A DNA stretch of 38,136 nucleotides, taken from positions 1-38,136 of the forward strand of contig VFJJ01000115.1 in assembly GCA_009886115.1 (NCBI GenBank), read 5' to 3'. Both the position numbers and the translations under genes were made by a program. Within the stretch, counting starts at the first letter, position 1. Each line of letters begins with the position of its first letter. Under the pieces are notes generated by a model, which saw only the letters and a program-made list of their open reading frames with translations, did no database searches and was not told where the DNA came from. This DNA is from Actinomycetota bacterium (lineage in GTDB: Bacteria > Actinomycetota > Acidimicrobiia > IMCC26256 > VFJJ01). Positions 15,748 to 24,842 of this stretch are shown one piece after another.

Positions 15748-16958
15748 CGCGCCACCGCCACGGTGTCGCCGGTCACGCCGCCGCCGCCGCCCCTGACGGC
15801 TGCGCTCCCTGTGCTCGCGGTGCCCGCGGTGCTCGCGGTGCCCGACGTGCCCGCGGTGCCTGCCCGCTCGAACGACATCAGGATCGCGTTGGCGTCGTTG
15901 ACGATCGACTGGAGGATGTCGTGACACGAGTCGAGCCGGTCGATGAGACCGAGCACCACGCCACCCGACATCACGCCTTCGTCGGGTCGACCGTCGACCA
16001 TGGCCACCTTCAACAGCACGGGGGTGTTGGCCGCCATGATCACCCCGGCCCAGGGCATGTCGCTGGCCTTCTTCATGGCCAGCCCCTCGTGGATGAGCGC
16101 CCGCCACGATGTGCCCGTGCTCTTCTTGAACGCCAGGGCGTTCTTGATCGCGCCGGGGAGAGACCGGATCTTGCCGGCCTTGACCATGCTCTGCACCACG
16201 CTGTTGTCGAGCACCCGGTGGGGCACGCCGTCGACGGCGGTCGTCCAGATGGTGCCGGTGACCCCGCGTGCGAGGTACTCGGCCTTGGTGGCCTCGGGCA
16301 CGCGGGAGTCGCTCGACATGAGAAAACGGGTGCCCATGGCGATGCCGTCGGCGCCGTAGGCCAGCGCAGCCACCAGGCCCCGTCCGTCGTAGAACCCACC
16401 AGCGGCCAGCACGGGAACGCCGGCCGGGCGGCACACGTCGATCACTTGCGGCAACAACACCGTCGTCGGGACGGGTCCGGTGTGGCCGCCACCTTCACCA
16501 CCCTGGATGATGAGCGCGTCGGCTCCCCATTCCAGAACCTTCTCGGCGTGGCGCTTGGCCCCGATGGACGGCATGCAGATCGCCCCGGCTTCCTTCAGCC
16601 GCACGATGAGGTCTTTGCGGGGAGCCATGGCGAAGGACGCGACCTTCACGCCCTCGGCGATGAACACGTCGATGCGCTTGTCGACGTCGTCGGCGTCGGA
16701 CCGGAAGTTCACTCCGAAGGGCTTATCTGTCTGATCCTTGATCTGTTTCACCGAGTCGCGGAACTGCTTGAAGTCCATCGTCGACGCGCCCAGGATCCCG
16801 AGCCCGCCTGCGGCCGCTGTGGCCGTCGTGAGATGGGCACCGGCGATCCAGCCCATGCCCGTCTGCACGATCGGGTACTCGATGCCCACCAATCGACAAA
16901 ATGGTGTCTGCAATGCCGGGTGCGCTCTCGCTCTCGCTCTCGCAGCGTCGTCGCTCAC
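15744..16958 (-). CDS. ipdC: IpdC (nitronate monooxygenase-like flavoprotein, Rv3553-like)
   Basis: PIVQTGMGW, PFGVN.R.DA, PSIGAKRHAEKV..WGAD..I.QGGEGGGHTG, AANTP.LLK..MVDG. Confidence 0.88.
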   Translation of the reverse strand: MSDDAARARARAHPALQTPFCRLVGIEYPIVQTGMGWIAGAHLTTATAAAGGLGILGASTMDFKQFRDSVKQIKDQTDKPFGVNFRSDADDVDKRIDVFIAEGVKVASFAMAPRKDLIVRLKEAGAICMPSIGAKRHAEKVLEWGADALIIQGGEGGGHTGPVPTTVLLPQVIDVCRPAGVPVLAAGGFYDGRGLVAALAYGADGIAMGTRFLMSSDSRVPEATKAEYLARGVTGTIWTTAVDGVPHRVLDNSVVQSMVKAGKIRSLPGAIKNALAFKKSTGTSWRALIHEGLAMKKASDMPWAGVIMAANTPVLLKVAMVDGRPDEGVMSGGVVLGLIDRLDSCHDILQSIVNDANAILMSFERAGTAGTSGTASTAGTASTGSAAVRGGGGGVTGDTVAVAR

Positions 16959-17740
16959 GGCTTCACCTCGTTGTCGCGTAAAGACTTGGGGTCGAGGACG
17001 TCGCGAATGAGGCGCAGCTCCTCGGCGGTGGGGGAGCGGGTCGCGGCCAGGTCGGCCGGGATCACGAGCTCGAAGCCGGTGTTCGCCACCACGTCGTCGA
17101 CCGTGACGCCGGGGTGCACCGACCGCAGGCGCATCCGGTGATCGGGCGTCTCGAAGTCGAGCACCGCCTTGTTCGACACGACCCGGCGGATCTCGTGGAA
17201 CTCACGGGCCGTGCGACCAGCGGCGGCGGCCCGGTCGTACCCGACACCGCTCACGCAGTCGACCGATTCGACGAAGGCCCGGGTCGTGTGTGCCGGCACG
17301 AAGTACGACGTGGGATGGTTCACCGTGTTCCCCGGGGCGCCTCGAACCCCGAGAAGCTGCGACTTCGGCTTGGCCCACGGGCCGATGCAGGCGATGTTCT
17401 GATTGCCGAACCGGTCGACCTGGGTGGCGCCCATCATCACGTGGCGCTTGCCCGACCACACCATGTCGAACACGTTGCGGAACGGCATCCATCCCTCGAC
17501 GATACGGGGGTGGTCGGGGCCGACACCGACGGGGATCGGTTCGGCCAGCAAGATCGCCTCGCCGTCGGTGTAGAGCAGGTCGGGCTCGAACGTGAGCGAC
17601 GCCATGCGCACGGCGATCATCGGGATCGTGCCGATGGGCGAGGCCAGGATCTCGCCGTCGCCCCGCCAGGCCTCGGCGCAGGCCACCACGCACAGCTCGG
17701 CCAGGCTGTATTCCTCGGTCGGGCTGAGATCAGCGCTCAT
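16955..17740 (-). CDS. ipdB: IpdB, CoA-transferase-like ring-cleaving hydrolase beta subunit
   Basis: AE.CVVACAEAWRGDGEILASP, EGWMPFR.VF, G.RHVMMG..QVDRFGNQNI, GAPGNT.NHPTSY. Confidence 0.9.
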   Translation of the reverse strand: MSADLSPTEEYSLAELCVVACAEAWRGDGEILASPIGTIPMIAVRMASLTFEPDLLYTDGEAILLAEPIPVGVGPDHPRIVEGWMPFRNVFDMVWSGKRHVMMGATQVDRFGNQNIACIGPWAKPKSQLLGVRGAPGNTVNHPTSYFVPAHTTRAFVESVDCVSGVGYDRAAAAGRTAREFHEIRRVVSNKAVLDFETPDHRMRLRSVHPGVTVDDVVANTGFELVIPADLAATRSPTAEELRLIRDVLDPKSLRDNEVKP

Positions 17741-18597
17741 GACGACACCCCCAGCCCCAGACGGGCTCGATACTCGGCATGGTCGCCGATGGCCACGTAC
17801 TTCTCGAAGAACTCGGCCCAGGCCTCGGGCGTCTTGGCCGAGTCGGCGTACTCGCGTTGGAACGCCTCGGCCCGGGCGTAGTCGGGCAGGCAGTGCGTGA
17901 AGTGGGCGCCGAAGGGCGCCTCGACGACTCCGTGCGTCATCGACCGGTTGAGCTTGATCGACGACTCGTGGCCTTCCTTCACGAAATCGGCCGTGGCCAC
18001 GACGCGCTCGCACGACACGTAGGCCTTCTTGGCGGCCCGGCAGAACAGATCGTCGAAGAACCAGTCGGTGCCGAGATACTGGGCGTTGCCTCGGGCGTCG
18101 GCCCGGTTGGCGTGCACGATCGCGGCGTCGAGGTGCAGCGCAGGCATGGCCACGAAGTCGAGCCCGTCGTCATAGGGCGAGGCGACTGTCCTCAAGGAAG
18201 GGTTCACGTCGAGGATCGCCGAGCCCAGACCGGCCCGACACGGCAGGAACGACACCCGCCAGGCTGCAGCTTGGAGCCCGAGCTGCAGCATGCCCTCGTC
18301 GAGCTCCATGGCCTCGATCGTCGCGTTCTGCCGGGCAGCCCGGAAATGCGGCTCGAGGGGGATCGAGTCGAGCGAGACGAAGCCGTAGACGACCTTCTTC
18401 GCCTGCCCCGTGGCGCACAGCATCCCGACATCGGGCCCGCCGTACGAGACGATCGTGAGGTCGCGCAGATCGCTGCGCAGGATCTCGCGCACGATCGACA
18501 TGGGCTTGCGGCGCGAGCCCCATCCCCCGATCCCGATGGTCATCCCCGAGCGCAGCTCGGACACCACCTCGGCCTCGGTCATCCGCTTGTCGGCCAT
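17737..18597 (-). CDS. ipdA: IpdA, CoA-transferase-like ring-cleaving hydrolase alpha subunit
   Basis: LRSGMTIGIGGWGSRRKPM, YGGPDVG.LC, FVSLDSIPLEPHFR, E.DEGM, GAHFT.C.PDY.R. Confidence 0.92.
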   Translation of the reverse strand: MADKRMTEAEVVSELRSGMTIGIGGWGSRRKPMSIVREILRSDLRDLTIVSYGGPDVGMLCATGQAKKVVYGFVSLDSIPLEPHFRAARQNATIEAMELDEGMLQLGLQAAAWRVSFLPCRAGLGSAILDVNPSLRTVASPYDDGLDFVAMPALHLDAAIVHANRADARGNAQYLGTDWFFDDLFCRAAKKAYVSCERVVATADFVKEGHESSIKLNRSMTHGVVEAPFGAHFTHCLPDYARAEAFQREYADSAKTPEAWAEFFEKYVAIGDHAEYRARLGLGVSS

Positions 18598-18615
18598 GAA
18601 CTGTCGTTCCCTCTC

Positions 18616-19440
18616 TCAGGGTTTCTCGGTGACGGGCTCGGTGAGCGGCTGCCCGGGGACGGCGTGCCCGGCAACGGGTTGTGTGCCGACGGGTTGCTTG
18701 GTGACGAAGGCCTGGCGGGCCTCGTCGGCGACGGGGGTGAGGTTGAGCTCGAACGTGAAGCCCATCTCGCGTCGGAACGAGCGCTTCACGTCGATCGGGT
18801 CGATGGCGTTCAACGACTCCTTGGCCCGCCTGATCACCAACGGAGACTTGGCCGCGATGATCGCGGCGATCTCGCGGGCAACCGTCAGCAGCTCCGCGCG
18901 CGGTACGACCCGCTCGACCGACCCCCAGCGCAGCAGGTCGGTCGCGGGGATCCGGGCACAGGTGAGCGCGGCCCAGCGGGCCTTGTGCATCGGGACGAGG
19001 CGCTGGAGCTGGGTCGACGAGCCCAGCCCGCCCCGGTCGACCTCGGGCAACCCGAAGAACGCGTCGTCGCTTGCAACCACGATGTCGGCGTTCCCCGCGA
19101 TGCCGACACCGGTGGCCAGACAGAAGCCGTGCACGGCTGCGATGACGGGGACCTCGCAGTCGTAGATCGCGGCGTAGGCCTCCGCGTTGGCCCGGCTCAC
19201 CGCGATGACGGCGCGGGGTCCCCCCTCGGTCATCTCCTTCACGTCGACGCCGGCCATGAACCCCTTCTCGATGGCCGAGTGGAGGATCACGACGTGGACG
19301 GACGGGTCGCGCCCGAGTGCGGTGACGGTCTCGGCCAGTGCCCGGAACCCATGGGAATCAAGGGCGTTCACCGGCGGGAAGTCGATCGCGATCTCGGCGA
19401 TGGAGTCGCGTTCGCCGGTCCGCTCGATCGTGAGGCCCAT
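18616..19440 (-). CDS. echA20: Enoyl-CoA hydratase EchA20-like, divergent copy heading the ipd operon
   Basis: PPVNAL, GF.AGVD.KEM, FGLPEVDRG, AKESLN.ID, GFTFELNL; TACGCT 6 nt before ATG. Confidence 0.8.
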   Translation of the reverse strand: MGLTIERTGERDSIAEIAIDFPPVNALDSHGFRALAETVTALGRDPSVHVVILHSAIEKGFMAGVDVKEMTEGGPRAVIAVSRANAEAYAAIYDCEVPVIAAVHGFCLATGVGIAGNADIVVASDDAFFGLPEVDRGGLGSSTQLQRLVPMHKARWAALTCARIPATDLLRWGSVERVVPRAELLTVAREIAAIIAAKSPLVIRRAKESLNAIDPIDVKRSFRREMGFTFELNLTPVADEARQAFVTKQPVGTQPVAGHAVPGQPLTEPVTEKP

Positions 19441-19524
19441 GGTCGGAGCGTAATGCGACAGGCCCGCCGGGGGCCTACCACGGCCGTCCTCCCCGGCCCG
19501 CAGGTCGAGGCCTACCCTGAGCCG

Positions 19525-20979
19525 ATGGCTCGACCGAAGATCGTGATCATCGGAGGTGGGAGCCACCAGTGGGCCCCCACGCTCATCGCCGACTTCGCCC
19601 TCACACCGTCGACGGCCGAGGCCGAGATCGTGCTGTGCGATCTCGACGCCAGCCGGCTCCCCCGCATGGTGCGCTACGGGGAGTTGGTCGCCGAGCACCA
19701 CGCCGCGGGCCTCACGGTCACCGCGACCACCGACCGCGCTGAAGCCCTCGCCGGAGCCGACTTCGTGGTCGTCAACATCTCGACCGGGGCCCTGGCGAGC
19801 ATGCGCCACGACCTCGAGATCCCGGCGCGCTACGGCGTGGTCCAGCCCGTTGGCGACACGGTGGGGCCGGGCGGGATCAGCCGGGCTCTGCGCAACATCC
19901 CGGTGTTCCTCGACATCGCCCGCGACATCGAGCGCTTCTGCCCCGACGCCTGGTTGTTGAACCTCACCAACCCGATGACCCAACTGTGCCGGGCCGTGAC
20001 GCGCGAGACGACCGTCAGCACGATCGGGCTGTGCCACGAGGTCACCATCGGCAGCTTCTGGATGTCGGTGCTTCTCGACGCATTCGGCCGCGACGTCGAC
20101 CCGGTCGTCACCGGGGTCAACCATCTCCCGGTCGTGACCGAGCTCCGCGTCGACGGCATCGACGCCCTATCACGCCTCTCGGAGTTGCTCGCCGACGAGG
20201 CCGGGCTCGATCGGCCGTTGCCCGACTGGCTGCAGGACGTGATGCGCGGCCTCGACGCCGAGCCCGGCGCGTTCAGCCACCCGGGAGGTTCCGAGGTCGA
20301 CGGTCCGTGGACCGTCCGCCGTCTGGCCGCTCAGCACCGGGTCAAGCTGGGTTTGCTCGAACGCACCGGCGCGTTGCCGCTGGCCGGTGACCGTCACCTC
20401 GTCGAGTTCTTCCCGGGCTTCCTGACCGAGCGTTCGGGTTGGGGCTCGGCGTGGGGCGTGGCGCTCACCTCGATCGCCGAGCGCGAGGCCGAAGAAGCGA
20501 ACTACGTGAGCGCGCTCGAGGCCCGCATCGCAGAGGCCCGGGTGCCGAAGCGGCGATCGCAGGAGCAGCTCTCGTTGCTGGTCGACTCGCTGCTCACGGG
20601 CGAGCGGCGAGTGCTGCCGTTGAACATCCCCAACGCCGGGCAGTGTCCCGACCTTCCGCTCGACGTGGTGTGCGAGGCCATGTGCGTGGTCGATGCCGCG
20701 GGGGTGCGCGGACGGGATGCCGCCCGGGCCCCGGCGGCGCTGGCCGAGCAGCTTCGCCGGGTCAGCGGCTCACAGGAACTCACCGTGGGAGCGGCTGTGA
20801 GCGGTGACCGTGATCTCGTGATCGCCGCGCTCATGGCCGACCCGCTGTGCGGCCGGGTCGACTTCGCCGACCTGGCACCCATGGCCGACGAGCTCCTCGC
20901 CGCCACCGCCGCGTGGCTCCCGCAGTTCAGACACTCCGAAGGTCGGCGCCGGCCAGCGGCGACTGATCACTTGATCTGA
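19525..20979 (+). CDS. Glycoside hydrolase family 4 (NAD+/Mn-dependent, alpha-galactosidase-like)
   Basis: KIVIIGGGS, AL.GADFV, GDTVGPGG..RALR.IP, P.AWLLNLTNPM, GLCHE, GVNH; TACCCT 6 nt before ATG. Confidence 0.9.
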   Translation: MARPKIVIIGGGSHQWAPTLIADFALTPSTAEAEIVLCDLDASRLPRMVRYGELVAEHHAAGLTVTATTDRAEALAGADFVVVNISTGALASMRHDLEIPARYGVVQPVGDTVGPGGISRALRNIPVFLDIARDIERFCPDAWLLNLTNPMTQLCRAVTRETTVSTIGLCHEVTIGSFWMSVLLDAFGRDVDPVVTGVNHLPVVTELRVDGIDALSRLSELLADEAGLDRPLPDWLQDVMRGLDAEPGAFSHPGGSEVDGPWTVRRLAAQHRVKLGLLERTGALPLAGDRHLVEFFPGFLTERSGWGSAWGVALTSIAEREAEEANYVSALEARIAEARVPKRRSQEQLSLLVDSLLTGERRVLPLNIPNAGQCPDLPLDVVCEAMCVVDAAGVRGRDAARAPAALAEQLRRVSGSQELTVGAAVSGDRDLVIAALMADPLCGRVDFADLAPMADELLAATAAWLPQFRHSEGRRRPAATDHLI

Positions 20980-21452
20980 TCCCACCGGTCGTGCACGTCC
21001 CATTCCGTCGCCCAGTGCTCGACGTAGGAGCGATCGAACGGTCGACCGGTCTGGAGGATGGACGCGATGTCGTCTCGATCGCGAGGCCTCCAGGCGATCA
21101 GCTTGTGCACGATCACATCCTCGACCGTGAGGAAATGCCGCTCCGAGCGAGCGATCGCCAACTCCTGGTACTCGACGACCGGGAGAAGGATGTCGGCCTT
21201 CATCCCGTCGCCTCGAACGAACAACACGTGTGGCTCCTCGCCGTGCGCTGACATGACCCGCACGTCGAATCCCTCGGCGGTCAGCCGTTCCACGAGCCCA
21301 GGAACACGCTCGACCAGGAAGTCGGCGTCGGTGGTCATGCGAGGTGTCGCCCGATAGCGACCGGCGGCGAGCGCACCGATGACCGTCCACGCGGCCCCGA
21401 GCTCATCGAAGATCGCGCCCAGGGGCTCAATGAATTCCGAGGGCTCGCGCAC
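20967..21452 (-). CDS. Nucleotidyltransferase-fold protein (start uncertain, 21452 or 21491)
   Basis: VIGALA....PRMT.DAD, D.L, TVEDVIVHKLIAWRPRDRDDI. Confidence 0.75.
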   Translation of the reverse strand: MREPSEFIEPLGAIFDELGAAWTVIGALAAGRYRATPRMTTDADFLVERVPGLVERLTAEGFDVRVMSAHGEEPHVLFVRGDGMKADILLPVVEYQELAIARSERHFLTVEDVIVHKLIAWRPRDRDDIASILQTGRPFDRSYVEHWATEWDVHDRWDQIK

Positions 21453-21648
21453 GTCGGTACAGCTCCAGTTCTGGTCGATCGCCCGCCTCATCCCCCAACG
21501 GCGGTGTGCCGTCTCGGGCGCGCTCGGAGTTCAGCCAGGCGATGATCGCCGCTCGGCGCTCGGGGGTCGGTTCCTCGTCGGTCTCGGCCTCGCGCAGGTC
21601 GGCGGCCAGCCGGGCCATCTTGGCCTTGTCGCGATCGCTCACCGCCAT
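21427..21648 (-). CDS. Small helical hypothetical protein, partner of the nucleotidyltransferase
   Basis: 73 aa charged ORF overlapping the NTase start; TACACT 6 nt before ATG. Confidence 0.65.
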   Translation of the reverse strand: MAVSDRDKAKMARLAADLREAETDEEPTPERRAAIIAWLNSERARDGTPPLGDEAGDRPELELYRRARALGIH

Positions 21649-21706
21649 GGCCCGAGTGTACGGCTCGCGCATCGGGACGACGTCCGCGCTGCGGCGCTCG
21701 TCCGCG

Positions 21707-23005
21707 TCACAACACCGGCTCGCCGGTGGTGGTGACGCCCGCCGTCACCTCGACGGTGCGGGTGCGGGGGATGGCGACGCCGGCGAGGAGGAGGACCAGC
21801 GAGATGGTGATGAGGCCGCCGGCGATGGCGAAGGCGCCCCGGTACGAGGTCCAGCTGGCCACGAAGCCGAGAGCCAGGCCGCCGATGGCGTTGGAGATGT
21901 CGGTGAAGGCGGTGAGGGTGCCCACGACCGAGCCGCGTTCGGAGTCGGGGGCGGCGTCGACGCCGATGAGCACGAACGTCGGATACATGTACGACATGCC
22001 CACGGCCAGCAGCACGGCCGCGGTGTAGATCCCGGCGGGCTCGGGCCACAGGGCCATGAGGTAGAGCGCGGCTGCGGCCGAGACGATGGCGATGGTGGCC
22101 ATCTTCTGCCGGGGCACCGTGTCGTTGAGCTTGGCGCCGAAGAGGCGTGAGCACACGGTCACGACGGCGAAGACGAGCAGGACCGGGGCCACGTCGTGCA
22201 TGCCGATGCTGTCGCCGTACACCGCGAGGAACGAGTTGAACGAGGCCAGACCCACGGCTCCCAGGCAGATCACGATGCCGGGACGGATGGCCGCCGGATG
22301 GGCGAAAGGCTGTCGAGCCCGCGGTGGCCCCGGCCCCGCTGGCTTCGTCGCCGCTGGCCCCGTCCCCGTTGTCCCCGGTGGCCCCGCGGCCGTCCCCGGC
22401 GCGCTTGGCGCGCCGACCCGGGTGGTCTCGGGCACGAACATCCCGAGGGCAGCAGACACCAAGCCGGTGACGCCGCAGGCGATCCACACGGTGTCGTACC
22501 CCGAACGCTGGTACAGGGCCTCCCCGACGAGGGGCCCGAGGGCGATGCCGAGGAAGACCGAGACCGAGAACAGGCTGATGGCCTCGCCCCGTCGCGCAGC
22601 CGGCGCCATGTCGGTCGCCGTGGCGGTCGCGCCCACGTACACCGCGGCGCCTGCGCCCCCGCTCAACACCCGTACCGCCACGACCCACCAGGTGCCGCCT
22701 GAGCTCTCGGCCAGGCCCAGGAGCATCACCGAGACTCCGAAGACCGCCGCGCCGCCAACGCCGGTCGGTCGACGACCGATCCGATCGCCGAGGCGTCCGG
22801 CCAAAGGCCGCACGATCACCGCTCCGAGCGCGTAGGCGCCGAATGCGAGACCCACGCCGCCCGTGCCACCGTGCAGCGGTCCCTTCACATAGCGGCCCAG
22901 CACGGGAGTGAGCATCGACCCGGCGGCGAAGTATGCGCCGTTGTGGAGCATGAGCACCACGAAGCTGCCCGAGACGATCCGCTCGCGCCTCGCCGATGCG
23001 CTCAC
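21707..23005 (-). CDS. MFS transporter
   Basis: About 12 TMs; motif A GRLGDRIGRR; DMAP..RRGEAIS. Confidence 0.9.
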   Translation of the reverse strand: MSASARRERIVSGSFVVLMLHNGAYFAAGSMLTPVLGRYVKGPLHGGTGGVGLAFGAYALGAVIVRPLAGRLGDRIGRRPTGVGGAAVFGVSVMLLGLAESSGGTWWVVAVRVLSGGAGAAVYVGATATATDMAPAARRGEAISLFSVSVFLGIALGPLVGEALYQRSGYDTVWIACGVTGLVSAALGMFVPETTRVGAPSAPGTAAGPPGTTGTGPAATKPAGPGPPRARQPFAHPAAIRPGIVICLGAVGLASFNSFLAVYGDSIGMHDVAPVLLVFAVVTVCSRLFGAKLNDTVPRQKMATIAIVSAAAALYLMALWPEPAGIYTAAVLLAVGMSYMYPTFVLIGVDAAPDSERGSVVGTLTAFTDISNAIGGLALGFVASWTSYRGAFAIAGGLITISLVLLLAGVAIPRTRTVEVTAGVTTTGEPVL

Positions 23006-23027
23006 CCCGTCACTCGAGCGGACCGCG

Positions 23028-23828
23028 TCACCCGAGGAGCTCGCGTCCCTGGCCCATCTCGGCGGCGCGCTTGTCGACGAAGGCGTTGCGGAGCTCGTCG
23101 GAGTCGCCGAAGAGCTGCAGCTCGAACGTGAAGCCCTGCTCGAAGCGGTAGCTGCGCTTCACGTCGACCGGGTCGATGGCGTTGAGCGACTCCTTGGCCC
23201 GGCGGATCACCAAGGGAGACTTGGCCGCGATGACCCCGGCGATCTCTCGGGCCGCGTCCATCAGCTCGGAACGGGGGACGACCCGTTCGACGGTCCCGAA
23301 CTCGAGCAGCTCGGCCGCGCTGATCATCGAGCCCATGAGGAACATGGCCCGGGCCTTCTTCGCCGGGACGAGCCGGGCCAGGTGCGTGGCCACACCCAAC
23401 GCTCCACGGTCGACCTCGGGCAGGCCGAACGACGCGTCGTCGCTCGCCACGACCACATCGGCGTTCCCGGCGATGCCGACCCCGCCGCCCAGGCACATGC
23501 CGTGCACCGCGGCGATGACGGGGACCTCGCAGTCGTACACGGCGGCGAAGGTCTCCCAGCAACCCCGGTTGACGCCGATCATCTCCGTGCGGGTGGGGTC
23601 GTTGGCCAGCTTCTTGATGTCGACACCCACCTGGAAGTGCTTGATCGCCGGGTCGGCCGCCACGATCAGCGCGTGCACCTCGGGATTGCGTCCGAGCCGT
23701 CGGATCGTGTCAGCGAGGTCGAACCAGGCCTCGGCGTCGAGCGCGTTCACCGGCGGGTTGGCCATCACGACTTCGCCGATGTGGTCGCGGATCTCGGAGC
23801 GGATGGGTGACGACTGTGGCAGCGACAT
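23028..23828 (-). CDS. echA20: Enoyl-CoA hydratase EchA20, canonical-like copy
   Basis: PPVNAL...WFDLAD, NRGC..F.AVY.C.VPVIAAV.G.C.GGG.G, GLPEVDRGALG.ATHL.RLVP, SYR.EQGFTFEL. Confidence 0.85.
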   Translation of the reverse strand: MSLPQSSPIRSEIRDHIGEVVMANPPVNALDAEAWFDLADTIRRLGRNPEVHALIVAADPAIKHFQVGVDIKKLANDPTRTEMIGVNRGCWETFAAVYDCEVPVIAAVHGMCLGGGVGIAGNADVVVASDDASFGLPEVDRGALGVATHLARLVPAKKARAMFLMGSMISAAELLEFGTVERVVPRSELMDAAREIAGVIAAKSPLVIRRAKESLNAIDPVDVKRSYRFEQGFTFELQLFGDSDELRNAFVDKRAAEMGQGRELLG

Positions 23829-23972
23829 GGTCGCGGAGCCTAACGAATGGTCGGGCAGGCCAGGTGGCGACGCGAGCGATTGTTTATGCCGTTGCCGTTG
23901 CCGTTGCCGAGCGCAGCGAGGTCCCGAATCCGCCGGCTTGGAGCCGGCACAAACTGCTGCTAGAACCAGTCC

Positions 23973-24743
23973 ATGAGCTCGATCATCGACCTGACAGGCA
24001 TGACGGCCATCGTCACCGGCGGCGGCAAGGGCATCGGCCGCACCCTCACGACCCGGCTGCTCGACGCCGGCGCCGAGGTGGTCATCTGCGGTCGCTCGGC
24101 TCCTGAGTCGCTGCCGAGCGCGGGCGGACGCACAGCGCTGTTCGTCGCTGCCGACCTGCGAGAGCCCGACCAGATCCAGCGGGTCGTCGACGCCACCGTC
24201 GAGGCCCACGGGCGCATCGACATCCTCATCAACAACGCTGGCGGGACCGGCAGCGTCGACACGGCAACGGTGTCGCCCCGCTACCACGCCGGCATCATCG
24301 CTCTGAACCTCACGGCCGTGCTCAACATGTCGTGTGCCGCGTACCGCCAGATGCGCTCCCAGGACGGTGTGGGCTCGATCGTGAACATCTCGTCGGTGGC
24401 CGGCCTCACCTCGTCGCCCCGCTCGGTCGCGTACGCCGCGGCGAAGGCCGGCGTCACCAACCTCACGCGCTCGCTGGCCATCGAATGGGCGCCGGCCGTG
24501 CGGATCAACACGATCATCGCCGGCCTGATCCTCAACCCGGGCCAGGAGGAGCACTACGGCAGCGACGGCGGCGCTTCGGTGGCGGCGACCATCCCCATGG
24601 GCCGGATGGGCCGTCCCGACGACGTGGCCGACGCCTGCCTCATGCTGTGCTCGCCGTTCGCGGGCTGGGTCACCGGTGCGAACTGGGAGGTCCACGGCGG
24701 GGGCGAGCGTCCCGTGTACCAAGCCGCCGCCGGCATCGTCTGA
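23973..24743 (+). CDS. SDR oxidoreductase, Rv3549c-like
   Basis: TGGGKGIG, NNAGG, YAAAK, LA.EWAP.VR.N, EVHGGGE.P.Y; divergent from echA20 as in the mycobacterial locus. Confidence 0.82.
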   Translation: MSSIIDLTGMTAIVTGGGKGIGRTLTTRLLDAGAEVVICGRSAPESLPSAGGRTALFVAADLREPDQIQRVVDATVEAHGRIDILINNAGGTGSVDTATVSPRYHAGIIALNLTAVLNMSCAAYRQMRSQDGVGSIVNISSVAGLTSSPRSVAYAAAKAGVTNLTRSLAIEWAPAVRINTIIAGLILNPGQEEHYGSDGGASVAATIPMGRMGRPDDVADACLMLCSPFAGWVTGANWEVHGGGERPVYQAAAGIV

Positions 24744-24842
24744 CTTCCGAGGCTTGTCTGCGGGTGCCCGTTACGGCGCCAGAACCCGCCTGGCTCTGCG
24801 GATCCATCGTCCGGGCCCGCTTCACAGCGCGACGGAGTGCAG

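Noticed and set aside
23961..23974. KstR-like box TAGAACCAGTCCAT (also TAGAACACGCTCGG at 9435)
   Set aside because: Only the left half matches TnnAACnnGTTnnA; more likely part of a promoter or chance
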